From assembly GCA_964016885.1 (NCBI GenBank), contig OZ024752.1:39618001-39682000 (forward strand): a stretch of 64,000 nucleotides of DNA, read 5' to 3'. The notes under the pieces were generated by a model. The model saw only the letters and a program-made list of their open reading frames with translations. It searched no databases and was not told where the DNA came from. The position numbers and the translations under genes are program-made. The stretch is from Eledone cirrhosa (lineage: Eukaryota). Below are positions 13,881 through 29,099 of the stretch, one piece after another. How positions within the stretch are numbered: the first letter of the stretch is position 1; every line of letters begins with the position of its first letter.

Positions 13881-16800
13881 CTATGGAAGATATACATTCT
13901 ATGGTAAATATACATTCTATGGTAAATATACATTCTATGATAAATATACATTCTATGGTAGATATACATTCTATGGTAAATATACATTCTATGGTAAATA
14001 TACATTCTATGGTAGATATACATTCTATGGTAAATATACATTCTATGGTAGATATACATTCTATGGTAGATATACATTCTATGGTAAATATACATTCTAT
14101 GGTAAATATACATTCTATGGTAAATATACATTCTATGGTAGATATACATTCTATGGTAGATATACATTCTATGGTAGATATACATTCTATGGTAGATATA
14201 CATTCTATGGTAGATATACATTCTATGGTAAATATACATTCTATGGTAGATATACATTCTATGGTAAATATACATTCTATGGTAAATATACATTCTATGG
14301 AAGATATACATTCTATGGTAGATATACATTCTATGGTAGATATACATTCTATGGTAGATATACATTCTATGGTAAATATACATTCTATGGTAGATATACA
14401 TTCTATGGTAAATATACATTCTATGGTAGATATACATTCTATGGTAGATATACATTCTATGGTAGATATACATTCTATGGTAGATATACATTCTATGGTA
14501 GATATACATTCTATGGTAAATATACATTCTATGGTAAATATACATTCTATGGAAGATATACATTCTATGGTAGATATACATTCTATGGTAGATATACATT
14601 CTATGGTAGATATACATTCTATGGTAAATATACATTCTATGGTAGATATACATTCTATGGTAAATATACATTCTATGGTAGATATACATTCTATGGTAGA
14701 TATACATTCTATGGTAGATATACATTCTATGGTAGATATACATTCTATGGTAAATATACATTCTATGGTAGATATACATTGTATGGTAGATATACATTCT
14801 ATGGTAGATATACATTCTATGGTAAATATACATTATATGGTAAATATACATTCTATGGTAGATATACATTCTATGGTAGATATACATTCTATGGTAGATA
14901 TACATTCTATGGTAGATATACATTCTATGGTAAATATACATTCTATGGTAAATATACATTCTATGGTAAATATACATTCTATGGTAAATATACATTCTAT
15001 GGTAGATATACATTCTATGGTAGATATACATTCTATGGTAGATATACATTCTATGGTAGATATACATTCTATGGTAAATATACATTCTATGGTAGATATA
15101 CATTCTATGGTAAATATACATTATATGGTAAATATACATTCTATGGTAGATATACATTCTATGGTAGATATACATTCTATGGTAGATATACATTCTATGG
15201 TAAATATACATTCTATGGTAAATATACATTCTATGGTAAATATACATTCTATGGTAAATATACATTCTATGGTAGATATACATTCTATGGTAGATATACA
15301 TTCTATGGTAGATATACATTCTATGGTAGATATACATTCTATGGTAAATATACATTCTATGGTAAATATACATTCTATGGTAGATATACATTCTATGGTA
15401 GATATACATTCTATGGTAAATATACATTCTATGGTAGATATACATTCTATGGTAAATATACATTCTATGGTAAATATACATTCTATGGAAGATATACATT
15501 CTATGGTAGATATACATTCTATGGTAGATATACATTCTATGGTAGATATACATTCTATGGTAAATATACATTCTATGGTAGATATACATTCTATGGTAAA
15601 TATACATTCTATGGTAGATATACATTCTATGGTAGATATACATTCTATGGTAGATATACATTCTATGGTAGATATACATTCTATGGTAGATATACATTCT
15701 ATGGTAAATATACATTCTATGGTAAATATACATTCTATGGAAGATATACATTCTATGGTAGATATACATTCTATGGTAGATATACATTCTATGGTAGATA
15801 TACATTCTATGGTAAATATACATTCTATGGTAGATATACATTCTATGGTAAATATACATTCTATGGTAGATATACATTCTATGGTAGATATACATTCTAT
15901 GGTAGATATACATTCTATGGTAGATATACATTCTATGGTAAATATACATTCTATGGTAGATATACATTGTATGGTAGATATACATTCTATGGTAGATATA
16001 CATTCTATGGTAAATATACATTATATGGTAAATATACATTCTATGGTAGATATACATTCTATGGTAGATATACATTCTATGGTAGATATACATTCTATGG
16101 TAGATATACATTCTATGGTAAATATACATTCTATGGTAAATATACATTCTATGGTAAATATACATTCTATGGTAAATATACATTCTATGGTAGATATACA
16201 TTCTATGGTAGATATACATTCTATGGTAGATATACATTCTATGGTAGATATACATTCTATGGTAAATATACATTCTATGGTAGATATACATTCTATGGTA
16301 AATATACATTATATGGTAAATATACATTCTATGGTAGATATACATTCTATGGTAGATATACATTCTATGGTAGATATACATTCTATGGTAAATATACATT
16401 CTATGGTAAATATACATTCTATGGTAAATATACATTCTATGGTAAATATACATTCTATGGTAGATATACATTCTATGGTAGATATACATTCTATGGTAGA
16501 TATACATTCTATGGTAGATATACATTCTATGGTAAATATACATTCTATGGTAAATATACATTCTATGGTAGATATACATTCTATGGTAGATATACATTCT
16601 ATGGTAAATATACATTCTATGGTAGATATACATTCTATGGTAGATATACATTCTATGGTAAATATACATTCTATGGAAGATATACATTCTATGGTAAATA
16701 TACATTCTATGGTAGATATACATTCTATGGTAAATATACATTCTATGGTAGATATACATTCTATGGTAGATATACATTCTATGGTAGATATACATTCTAT

Positions 16801-19800
16801 GGTAAATATACATTCTATGGTAAATATACATTCTATGGAAGATATACATTCTATGGTAGATATACATTCTATGGTAGATATACATTCTATGGTAGATATA
16901 CATTCTATGGTAAATATACATTCTATGGTAGATATACATTCTATGGTAGATATACATTCTATGGTAGATATACATTCTATGGTAGATATACATTCTATGG
17001 TAAATATACATTCTATGGTAGATATACATTCTATGGTAAATATACATTCTATGGTAGATATACATTCTATGGTAGATATACATTCTATGGTAGATATACA
17101 TTCTATGGTAAATACACATTCTATGGTAAATACACATTCTATGGTAAATATACATTCTATGGTAAATATACATTCTATGGTAGATATACATTCTATGGTA
17201 GATATACATTCTATGGTAGATATACATTCTATGGTAGATATACATTCTATGGTAAATATACATTCTATGGAAGATATACATTCTATGGTAAATATACATT
17301 CTATGGTAAATATACATTCTATGGAAGATATACATTCTATGGTAAATATACATTCTATGGTAAATATACATTCTATGGTAGATATACATTCTATGGTAGA
17401 TATACATTCTATGGTAGATATACATTCTATGGTAAATATACATTCTATGGTAGTTATACATTCTATGGTAAATATACATTCTATGGTAGATATACATTCT
17501 ATGGTAGATATACATTCTATGGTAGATATACATTCTATGGTAAATATACATTCTATGGTAGATATACATTCTATGGTAGATATACATTCTATGGTAAATA
17601 TACATTCTATGGTAGATATACATTCTATGGAAGATATACATTCTATGGTAAATATACATTCTATGGTAAATATACATTCTATGGTAGATATACATTCTAT
17701 GGTAGATATACATTCTATGGTAGATATACATTCTATGGTAAATATACATTCTATGGTAGATATACATTCTATGGAAGATATACATTCTATGGTAAATATA
17801 CATTCTATGGTAAATATACATTCTATGGTAGATATACATTCTATGGTAGATATACATTCTATGGAAGATATACATTCTATGGTAAATATACATTCTATGG
17901 TAAATATACATTCTATGGTAGATATACATTCTATGGTAGATATACATTCTATGGTAGATATACATTCTATGGTAAATATACATTCTATGGTAAATATACA
18001 TTCTATGGTAAATATACATTCTATGGTAAATATACATTCTATGGTAAATATACATTATATGGTAGATATACATTCTATAGTAAATATACATTCTATGGAA
18101 GATATACATTCTATGGTAGATATACATTCTATGGTAGATATACACTCTATGGTAGATATACATTCTATGGTAGATATACATTCTATGGTAGATATACATT
18201 CTATGGTAAATATACATTCTATGGTAGATATACATTCTATGGAAGATATACATTCTATGGTAAATATACATTCTATGGTAAATATACATTCTATGGTAAA
18301 TATACGTTCTATGGTAGATATACATTCTATGGTAGATATACATTCTATGGTAGATATACATTCTATGGTAAATATACATTCTATGGTAAATATACATTAT
18401 ATGGTAGATATACATTCTATAGTAAATATACATTCTATGGAAGATATACATTCTATGGAAGATATACATTCTATGGTAAATATACATTCTATGGTAGATA
18501 TACATTCTATGGTAGATATACATTCTATGGTAAATATACATTCTATGGAAGATATACATTCTATGGTAAATATACATTCTATGGTATATATACATTCTAT
18601 GGAAGATATACATTCTATGGTAAATATACATTCTATGGTAAATATACATTCTATGGTAGATATACATTCTATGGTAGATATACATTCTATGGTAGATATA
18701 CATTCTATGGTAAATATACATTCTATGGTAGATATACATTCTATGGTAAATATACATTCTATGGTAGATATACATTCTATGGTAGATATACATTCTATGG
18801 TAGATATACATTCTATGGTAAATATACATTCTATGGTAGATATACATTCTATGGAAGATATACATTCTATGGTAAATATACATTCTATGGTAAATATACA
18901 TTCTATGGTAGATATACATTCTATGGTAGATATACATTCTATGGTAGATATACATTCTATGGTAAATATACATTCTATGGTAGATATACATTCTATGGTA
19001 AATATACATTCTATGGTAGATATACATTCTATGGTAGATATACATTCTATGGTAAATATACATTCTATGGTAGATATACATTCTATGGTAAATATACATT
19101 CTATGGTAGATATACATTCTATGGTAGATATACACTCTATGGTAGATATACATTCTATGGTAGATATACATTCTATGGTAGATATACATTCTATGGTAAA
19201 TATACATTCTATGGTAGATATACATTCTATGGAAGATATACATTCTATGGTAAATATACATTCTATGGTAAATATACATTCTATGGTAGATATACATTCT
19301 ATGGTAGATATACATTCTATGGAAGATATACATTCTATGGTAAATATACATTCTATGGTAAATATACATTCTATGGAAGATATACATTCTATGGTAAATA
19401 TACATTCTATGGTAAATATACATTCTATGGTAGATATACATTCTATGGTAGATATACATTCTATGGTAAATATACATTCTATGGTAGATATACATTCTAT
19501 GGTAAATATACATTCTATGGTAGATATACATTCTATGGTAAATATACATTCTATGGTAGATATACATTCTATGGTAGATATACATTCTATGGTAGATATA
19601 CATTCTATGGTAGATATACATTCTATGGTAAATATACATTCTATGGTAAATATACATTCTATGGTAGATATACATTCTATGGTAGATATACATTCTATGG
19701 AAGATATACATTCTATGGTAAATATACATTCTATGGTAAATATACATTCTATGGTAGATATACATTCTATGGTAGATATACATTCTATGGTAGATATACA

Positions 19801-22517
19801 TTCTATGGTAAATATACATTCTATGGTAAATATACATTCTATGGTAAATATACATTCTATGGTAGATATACATTCTATGGTAGATATACATTCTATGGTA
19901 GATATACATTCTATGGTAAATATACATTCTATGGTAGTTATACATTCTATGGTAAATATACATTCTATGGTAGATATACATTCTATGGTAGATATACATT
20001 CTATGGTAGATATACATTCTATGGTAAATATACATTCTATGGTAGATATACATTCTATGGTAGATATACATTCTATGGTAAATATACATTCTATGGTAGA
20101 TATACATTCTATGGAAGATATACATTCTATGGTAAATATACATTCTATGGTAAATATACATTCTATGGTAGATATACATTCTATGGTAGATATACATTCT
20201 ATGGTAGATATACATTCTATGGTAAATATACATTCTATGGTAGATATACATTCTATGGAAGATATACATTCTATGGTAAATATACATTCTATGGTAAATA
20301 TACATTCTATGGTAGATATACATTCTATGGTAGATATACATTCTATGGAAGATATACATTCTATGGTAAATATACATTCTATGGTAAATATACATTCTAT
20401 GGTAGATATACATTCTATGGTAGATATACATTCTATGGTAGATATACATTCTATGGTAAATATACATTCTATGGTAAATATACATTCTATGGTAAATATA
20501 CATTCTATGGTAAATATACATTCTATGGTAAATATACATTATATGGTAGATATACATTCTATAGTAAATATACATTCTATGGAAGATATACATTCTATGG
20601 TAGATATACATTCTATGGTAGATATACACTCTATGGTAGATATACATTCTATGGTAGATATACATTCTATGGTAGATATACATTCTATGGTAAATATACA
20701 TTCTATGGTAGATATACATTCTATGGAAGATATACATTCTATGGTAAATATACATTCTATGGTAAATATACATTCTATGGTAAATATACGTTCTATGGTA
20801 GATATACATTCTATGGTAGATATACATTCTATGGTAGATATACATTCTATGGTAAATATACATTCTATGGTAAATATACATTATATGGTAGATATACATT
20901 CTATAGTAAATATACATTCTATGGAAGATATACATTCTATGGAAGATATACATTCTATGGTAAATATACATTCTATGGTAGATATACATTCTATGGTAGA
21001 TATACATTCTATGGTAAATATACATTCTATGGAAGATATACATTCTATGGTAAATATACATTCTATGGTATATATACATTCTATGGAAGATATACATTCT
21101 ATGGTAAATATACATTCTATGGTAAATATACATTCTATGGTAGATATACATTCTATGGTAGATATACATTCTATGGTAGATATACATTCTATGGTAAATA
21201 TACATTCTATGGTAGATATACATTCTATGGTAAATATACATTCTATGGTAGATATACATTCTATGGTAGATATACATTCTATGGTAGATATACATTCTAT
21301 GGTAAATATACATTCTATGGTAGATATACATTCTATGGAAGATATACATTCTATGGTAAATATACATTCTATGGTAAATATACATTCTATGGTAGATATA
21401 CATTCTATGGTAGATATACATTCTATGGTAGATATACATTCTATGGTAAATATACATTCTATGGTAGATATACATTCTATGGTAAATATACATTCTATGG
21501 TAGATATACATTCTATGGTAGATATACATTCTATGGTAAATATACATTCTATGGTAGATATACATTCTATGGTAAATATACATTCTATGGTAGATATACA
21601 TTCTATGGTAGATATACACTCTATGGTAGATATACATTCTATGGTAGATATACATTCTATGGTAGATATACATTCTATGGTAAATATACATTCTATGGTA
21701 GATATACATTCTATGGAAGATATACATTCTATGGTAAATATACATTCTATGGTAAATATACATTCTATGGTAGATATACATTCTATGGTAGATATACATT
21801 CTATGGAAGATATACATTCTATGGTAAATATACATTCTATGGTAAATATACATTCTATGGAAGATATACATTCTATGGTAAATATACATTCTATGGTAAA
21901 TATACATTCTATGGTAGATATACATTCTATGGTAGATATACATTCTATGGTAAATATACATTCTATGGTAGATATACATTCTATGGTAAATATACATTCT
22001 ATGGTAGATATACATTCTATGGTAAATATACATTCTATGGTAGATATACATTCTATGGTAGATATACATTCTATGGTAGATATACATTCTATGGTAGATA
22101 TACATTCTATGGTAAATATACATTCTATGGTAGATATACATTCTATGGTAAATATACATTCTATGGTAAATATACATTCTATGGTAGATATACATTCTAT
22201 GGTAAATATACATTCTATGGTAGATATACATTCTATGGTAGATATACATTCTATGGTAGATATACATTCTATGGTAGATATACATTCTATGGTAAATATA
22301 CATTCTATGGTAGATATACATTCTATGGTAAATATACATTCTATGGTAGATATACATTCTATGGTAGATATACATTCTATGGTAAATATACATTCTATGG
22401 TAAATATACATTCTATGGTAGATATACATTCTATGGAAGATATACATTCTATGGTAGATATACATTCTATGGTAAATATACATTCTATGGTAGATATACA
22501 TTCTATGGTAAATATAC
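13881..22517. repeat. 18-bp satellite (CTATGGTARATATACATT)n, about 480 copies, with higher-order duplications
   Basis: Direct reading; rare variants recur at 1188-bp and 2484-bp spacing. Confidence 0.98.
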
Positions 22518-22530
22518 TTGTTCATTTCAG

Positions 22531-22604
22531 AAAATAAGTCCACCGAATGCCAATGTTGAATATAAACTTAGCAATTCCTTAGGTTATTTTGAAATAACAG
22601 CAAG
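22531..22604 (+). CDS. Cadherin exon 6 (KISPPNANVEYKLSNSLGYFEITA)
   Basis: tttcag acceptor immediately after the 18-bp satellite, ag/gtaagt donor; phase 0-2. Confidence 0.88.
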
Positions 22605-22702
22605 GTAAGTTATTCTTATTATTGTTAGTCTCACCCTTAATATGATTCAACATATATACATATATATATTGTATGAGTATGTAGGCATCCTTTGATTTCT
22701 TT

Positions 22703-22771
<69 letters not shown>

Positions 22772-22803
22772 AGATCAAAAGATGGTTAAAGGAGTTCCTT
22801 GTA

Positions 22804-22870
22804 TTTTATTATGCGCATTTCAAAAACAAACATCATTATGTAATAATATTTGTGTTTTCATCAGATAAAA
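22804..22870 (-). ncRNA. Hammerhead ribozyme motif, left arm of fold-back element
   Basis: Reverse complement of the 22998-23064 motif. Confidence 0.75.
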
Positions 22871-22997
22871 CAGGAGGACATGATATGAAGGCTAAAAAAC
22901 ACTTGTGGATAGTGCAGTTTTAAATCAACATACGATATGTTGATTTAAAACTGCACTATCCACAAGTGTTTTTTAGCCTTCATATCATGTCCTCCTG

Positions 22998-23064
22998 TTT
23001 TATCTGATGAAAACACAAATATTATTACATGATGATGTTTGTTTTTGAAATGCGCATAATAAAA
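22998..23064 (+). ncRNA. Type I hammerhead ribozyme motif, right arm of fold-back element
   Basis: uuuuau-CUGAUGA-[long AU/GU stem II]-GAAA-ugcgc-AUA-auaaaa; palindromic stem III (augcgcau); predicted cleavage after 23058. Confidence 0.8.
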
Positions 23065-23203
23065 TACATGGAACTCCTTTAACCATCTTTTGATCTAATA
23101 TATTATGTATACTCCAGTCCTACAAACTGTAGAGTGCTTCTTATCCGATATCTGCATTGCTTTATTGTACTACAATAAAACTCACCTCATACATATATAT
23201 ATA

Positions 23204-23250
<47 letters not shown>

Positions 23251-23280
23251 AAATGAAAATCCGAAGGCAAGGTAAAATTC

Positions 23281-23376
23281 CAATCATTTTAATCACGACA
23301 CATGTTTCAATAAGAGATAGATCGATCGTGAAGCCATGATCGATTATCGCTGAACTCATCAGGTGAAAATGAATTG
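23281..23376 (-). ncRNA. Hammerhead ribozyme motif in left inverted repeat
   Basis: Near-identical reverse complement of 24505-24600. Confidence 0.7.
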
Positions 23377-23859
23377 TCTTCAAATTCTTGATATGAGGGA
23401 GAAAATTAGCAACGGTTTTGAGGATTCAGACTCTCAATGGGACAGTGGTACATACTGAGTTCGATATGAGCTGATTGCTTGCTCTTCACATGGATGTGTA
23501 TATACCTGACATACACTCTTTCGGACGATACGGATGTGTATATACCATAACATACACTTGGAGATACGGATGTTACAATTCAATCTATACACGTATAGCA
23601 GAACACTGAACTGAACTTATTTACTTGTGTGTGTATGGGCTGTGGTTGACCCAATATTTCCAATTTAGATTGTCAAATTGAGATTTAACCATTGCAGCAT
23701 CTGTTGCTTTGTAAACTAACTTTCGGTGAATGCGATGTTGGTATATTCTTATATTTATTGTTTTTTCTCTGACATCGCTTCAGTGTGTGTGAGAGTGTGT
23801 GTGTACCCATTCACACTAATTGTGACCGTCTATGGTTCTACAGGTTTGATACTGTGTTA

Positions 23860-23912
<53 letters not shown>

Positions 23913-24167
23913 TCTTTGACCTCAAGCCGGTGTGTGTGGGTGTTGAGTGTGTGTGTACCCACTCACATTAACTGTGACTGACTGTATTTCTACAGATTTG
24001 ATTGATGTCCAGCGTCTTTTGCAGCTATTGGGATATAGAAATCTAATAGTTTTATGATAGACACAAACATATAGTATATAAATATATATATATATGTATA
24101 TATTATATGTATACACACACACACACATATATATATATAAATGTATGTATATATATATATTAACATA

Positions 24168-24202
<35 letters not shown>

Positions 24203-24504
24203 GTATGTATGTATGTATGTGTATATATATATATATACATTACATATATCCATAATCCAGATCCACAACGTCACAATGTTATCCCTTTTGCAACAGTAGA
24301 GGGCAGACCAACTTAAGATCTAATAATTTTTTATAGCATTCATTTTGCAGACGGTCCACGTGCGTCGTCTTATGATGTCGGAAACACGACCCTAACTGAA
24401 GTTGATAGCAGTCGCTGTGTTCTGACTGCTTGATCTTCATATGAGGGAATAAACTCTGTGAATGAACATTGCTAATTTTCTCCCTCATATCAAGAATTTG
24501 AAGA

Positions 24505-24600
24505 CAATTCATTTTCACCTGATGAGCTCAGTGATAATCGATCATGGCTTCACGATCGATCTATCTCATATTGAAACATGTGTCGTGATTAAAATGATTG
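24505..24600 (+). ncRNA. Type I hammerhead ribozyme motif with long stem II
   Basis: cauuuucac-CUGAUGA-[stem II containing aucgaucaug/cacgaucgau]-GAAA-caugu-GUC-gugauuaaaaug; GUC site at 24582-24584; base of stem II is imperfect. Confidence 0.72.
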
Positions 24601-24976
24601 GAATTTTACCTTGCCTTCGGATTTTCATTTTGATACTTATACTCCATTTTACATCATCTAGCTGTTCCCTTGAATGGAATTGGAGATATAGAAAAGCGTG
24701 TAGAACTTAATATTGCTAACAAAATTTTATTGGACCGTTTTACACAACCAATAATACACCTTACTATATAACAACTAAATATATATATATATATATTGTT
24801 ATACTTTGGTAGGGTCATGTTGCCAATAAGAAACACACACACCAGTTGCTTTCACTCCAATTTATTATAAACTAAAAAGTTTTTTCAAAAAAATTTAAAA
24901 AAAAAAATTTTTTTTTTAAATTTATAAATTTCCGGTTGGTTGGTTGGTTCCACAACCAGACGGTTGTTCATATATT

Positions 24977-25019
24977 GTCAAAGTTCTTTCGTCACACATT
25001 CTGTGACCTCTTCAGTGAC
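24977..25019 (-). ncRNA. Minimal hammerhead-like motif
   Basis: guca-CUGAAGA-g-gucaca/ugugac-GAAA-gaa-CUU-ugac; one extra G before stem II and a very short stem III. Confidence 0.6.
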
Positions 25020-25074
25020 TGGGGATTCTTTTCTTTGTTTTGTTTTGTTTTGTTTTGTGCCTCTCCTACGCCAT

Positions 25075-26420
<1,346 letters not shown>

Positions 26421-26429
26421 TGCACTTTT

Positions 26430-27478
26430 AGGCTACGACCAGCCACAAAAACCTGTAACATATCCTGAACAAGCAATGCCTGAGCTTTGAATGTTTTTTA
26501 AGTGGGGAAAGGCCTTGCACTCGACCAATCCCACTCTCTGAGCATCGAAAACTCTACCCAAAAAGGTGAACTGGTCGACATCATTGTATGCTTCCGAAGC
26601 CACAGGTTTTGTTTTTGCAGAGTTTCCCCTCTCCTAGAAAGGTGTTGTGACAACAACTGGAGGCCTTTCACTCCCATGTGGAGGAAAAAAAAAAGTACTA
26701 TTTGGATGGCCGTTGACTCCGCTGAGTTCCTGCGCCCTTTGCCGGGTCTTGTATTTCATCCCGCAGGGTGTCCAAATATCACCCTCCTCACCAAGCAAGC
26801 TTGGTGGGGTTGCTGGTTTAGTCGCTGATGACCCAACCATGAGACACGTTGTACTGGGTTACATGTTACTAGTAGCACTCGAGAGTGACTTGATATACGT
26901 ATATATATATATATATACATACATACATACATGGTGGCTGCTAACTCGTTTTCGAGTACGGCCACTACTTTATATCCATGTAGGAGAACCCCTACCGATG
27001 CGCTGAACAAGTGTGACTTTTTTGTCCAGCCAGCGACTTGAAAACTCTGGTACAGACACTACACTTGTGACAATTATTGACACATAGTGCTGGGCCCATG
27101 GTACCATGTGACGACAAGTGCAGAGAGATCTCCAGATATAAAGCAATACCTGTGCCATGAAGCTTTTATAGTGAGCAAAGGCACTGCACAAAGCCAGTCC
27201 CACTTGCTTAACCAAGATGATATTTACCAAAAAGAAGAACAAGTCAACATCATTGGATACCATCAGGGTTGCAGGTGTTATATCAGAGTTTTCCTTCTAG
27301 AATTCTGCCTTGACAAAGGCTAAGGGGTCATCTCTCCCGGTGATTTTGGATGGCCATTGACTCTTAAGAGCTCCTTTGCCCTTTGACAGGTTTTGTGTTT
27401 AGTCCTGCAGGATGTCCAAAGTCACCCTCCTCACCAAGCAACCTTGGTGGGGTTGCCAGTTTAGTCGCCAACGACCCG
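26430..27478. mobile_element. Two tandem copies (one diverged) of a dispersed element of about 0.6 kb
   Basis: 26932-27478 is a close reverse complement of 60670-61217; 26660-26890 is an older homologue. Confidence 0.7.
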
Positions 27479-27535
27479 TTTCACATACATATATATATAT
27501 ATACATACATACATGTCATCATTTATTTTTTACAG

Positions 27536-27629
27536 CGGAGATATAAAAGTATTAAAACTTTTAGACCGGGAAATTATTTCACAATATGACATGATTGTCA
27601 CAGCTGTGAACAAGGCCATTTCTGGTCAG
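27536..27629 (+). CDS. Cadherin exon 7 (GDIKVLKLLDREIISQYDMIVTAVNKAISGQ)
   Basis: ttttacag acceptor, cag/gtaagc donor; LDRE motif; phase 2-0. Confidence 0.92.
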
Positions 27630-27872
27630 GTAAGCAAATCATTTCAATACTTGTACTTTAGTTTGTAATTTCTTGTTTGTCTTGACCATTACCCGTTTGC
27701 TATATACGAGTGTCAGATGAAAAGTACATAGGCTCACCAGGATACTCTCATGGAATGACTAAATGAAGCTTCTAACTTATAAGGATGAGAGAAAAATACT
27801 CATTGATATGTTCTGCATATGTATCTACTAATATAATAGCCTTGTGTATTTGTCCATCACACACTAGAGATA

Positions 27873-28055
27873 ACTGAGGAAGGAAGAGGTGATTACATCA
27901 ACTGAGGAAGGAAGGGGTGATTGCATCGACTGAGGAAGGAAGGGGTGATTGCGTCGACTGAGGAAGGAAGGGATGATTGTATGGACTGAGGAAGGAAGGG
28001 GTAATTGCATGGACTGAGGAAGGAAGAGGTGATTACGTCGACTGAGGAAGGAGAG
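27873..28055. repeat. 28-bp purine-rich minisatellite (about 7 copies)
   Basis: actgaggaaggaag at 27873, 27901, 27929 and onward. Confidence 0.9.
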
Positions 28056-29099
28056 GGAGATGAGAAACTATAGTGGTCCAGTGTTCTAAGATTCGCCACA
28101 GCCATGTGTTTGTATGTTTGTATCACTTGTGTAAGTGAGTGCAAAGAAACCAACCAATCAACCAACAAACAAACATCTCTTTTTTATATTATGTATAAAT
28201 AATACAATTAGCTGTCCTTTTTGACGGCACAGGGCCAGCTAGTCAAACAATAAGGTTGGTGCTAAAATGCATAACATAGTGAATAAAATAATTTAGTTAA
28301 TTATATTTACACCCATGGTGATGAGAAAATATCATTAGGTTAATTTTTGAATTTGATTAAGAAAAACAGTGGGGACAATCCCACAAACTTAGTCAAAATT
28401 AATTGAAAACAGGATGACAGTGTTTCGGTCCTTAACTCCTTACACTCTAATTGAGGTGGCGTAGGTGGATATCAGGGAGTTGTGTGTTGGGCCCTCAAAC
28501 CAGCTGGAATAGAGATCCCTTCTGTTGCTGTTCGACTCAACCCAAACCCAGCTTTGATCCTCTTTGAGTTGAGCCAGAAATTAAGATCTGTTCCATGAGA
28601 TTGTGGCCAGATTTAGCCACAAACAAACCCGAGGGTCGGTTTCCTGAGCTGGGCAGTAGGGTGAGCTCCTGCTGGCCTATCAAATGGCTCAAATAGGTTG
28701 TGTTTATTAAATCTGCTGGCCAAACTCCTTCCCATGCATATCTGCTTGACACTGGCTCAACCAAATTGGGTTGGGTGTGAAAGTAAGAGCTTGGCACTAT
28801 AACTGATGCAATGGATTGCACCATCCTAAAGTCCATATACTTGCAGCTGGGCACTGCTTGTGAAACCTATCACCTACAGAAACTCCATTGACATGAACTT
28901 ACACTGTAAATTCCTTCAATGGAGCTGGCTCAACCCAGGCCATGTAAGGCCACCACAAGTACTAAGTAAACAGAACACTCTATTAGAGGTGACTTTAATT
29001 TCGATATGATGTAGTTAAAATATTCCTCCAATCAAGCACTTCAGATATTAAAAATTATTTATCAGTATTGATCAAATTTTATAAGGTGATTAATATTTT

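Larger units (their letters stand above)
22763..23105. mobile_element. Fold-back element (about 170-bp arms, 3-nt CGA loop) carrying hammerheads; Penelope-like pLTR remnant
   Basis: Near-perfect palindrome centred at 22933-22935, flanked by (TA)n. Confidence 0.75.
23246..24635. mobile_element. 1.4-kb element with about 165-bp terminal inverted repeats, each holding a hammerhead
   Basis: 23246-23412 is the reverse complement of 24469-24635; left end sits in (TA)n. Confidence 0.75.

Noticed and set aside
13847-22608. 2600-2900-aa ORFs on both strands (MYIYHR, MVDIHS, YTFYGR repeats); one runs in frame into exon 6
   Set aside because: An 18-bp unit without stops in those frames gives open frames automatically. 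Three frames are open, no coding bias is evident, and exon 6 has its own acceptor and splices in phase with exon 5.
28412-28435. GAAAcacuGUC 3' half of a hammerhead on - strand
   Set aside because: No matching CUGANGA or stem I partner found nearby.
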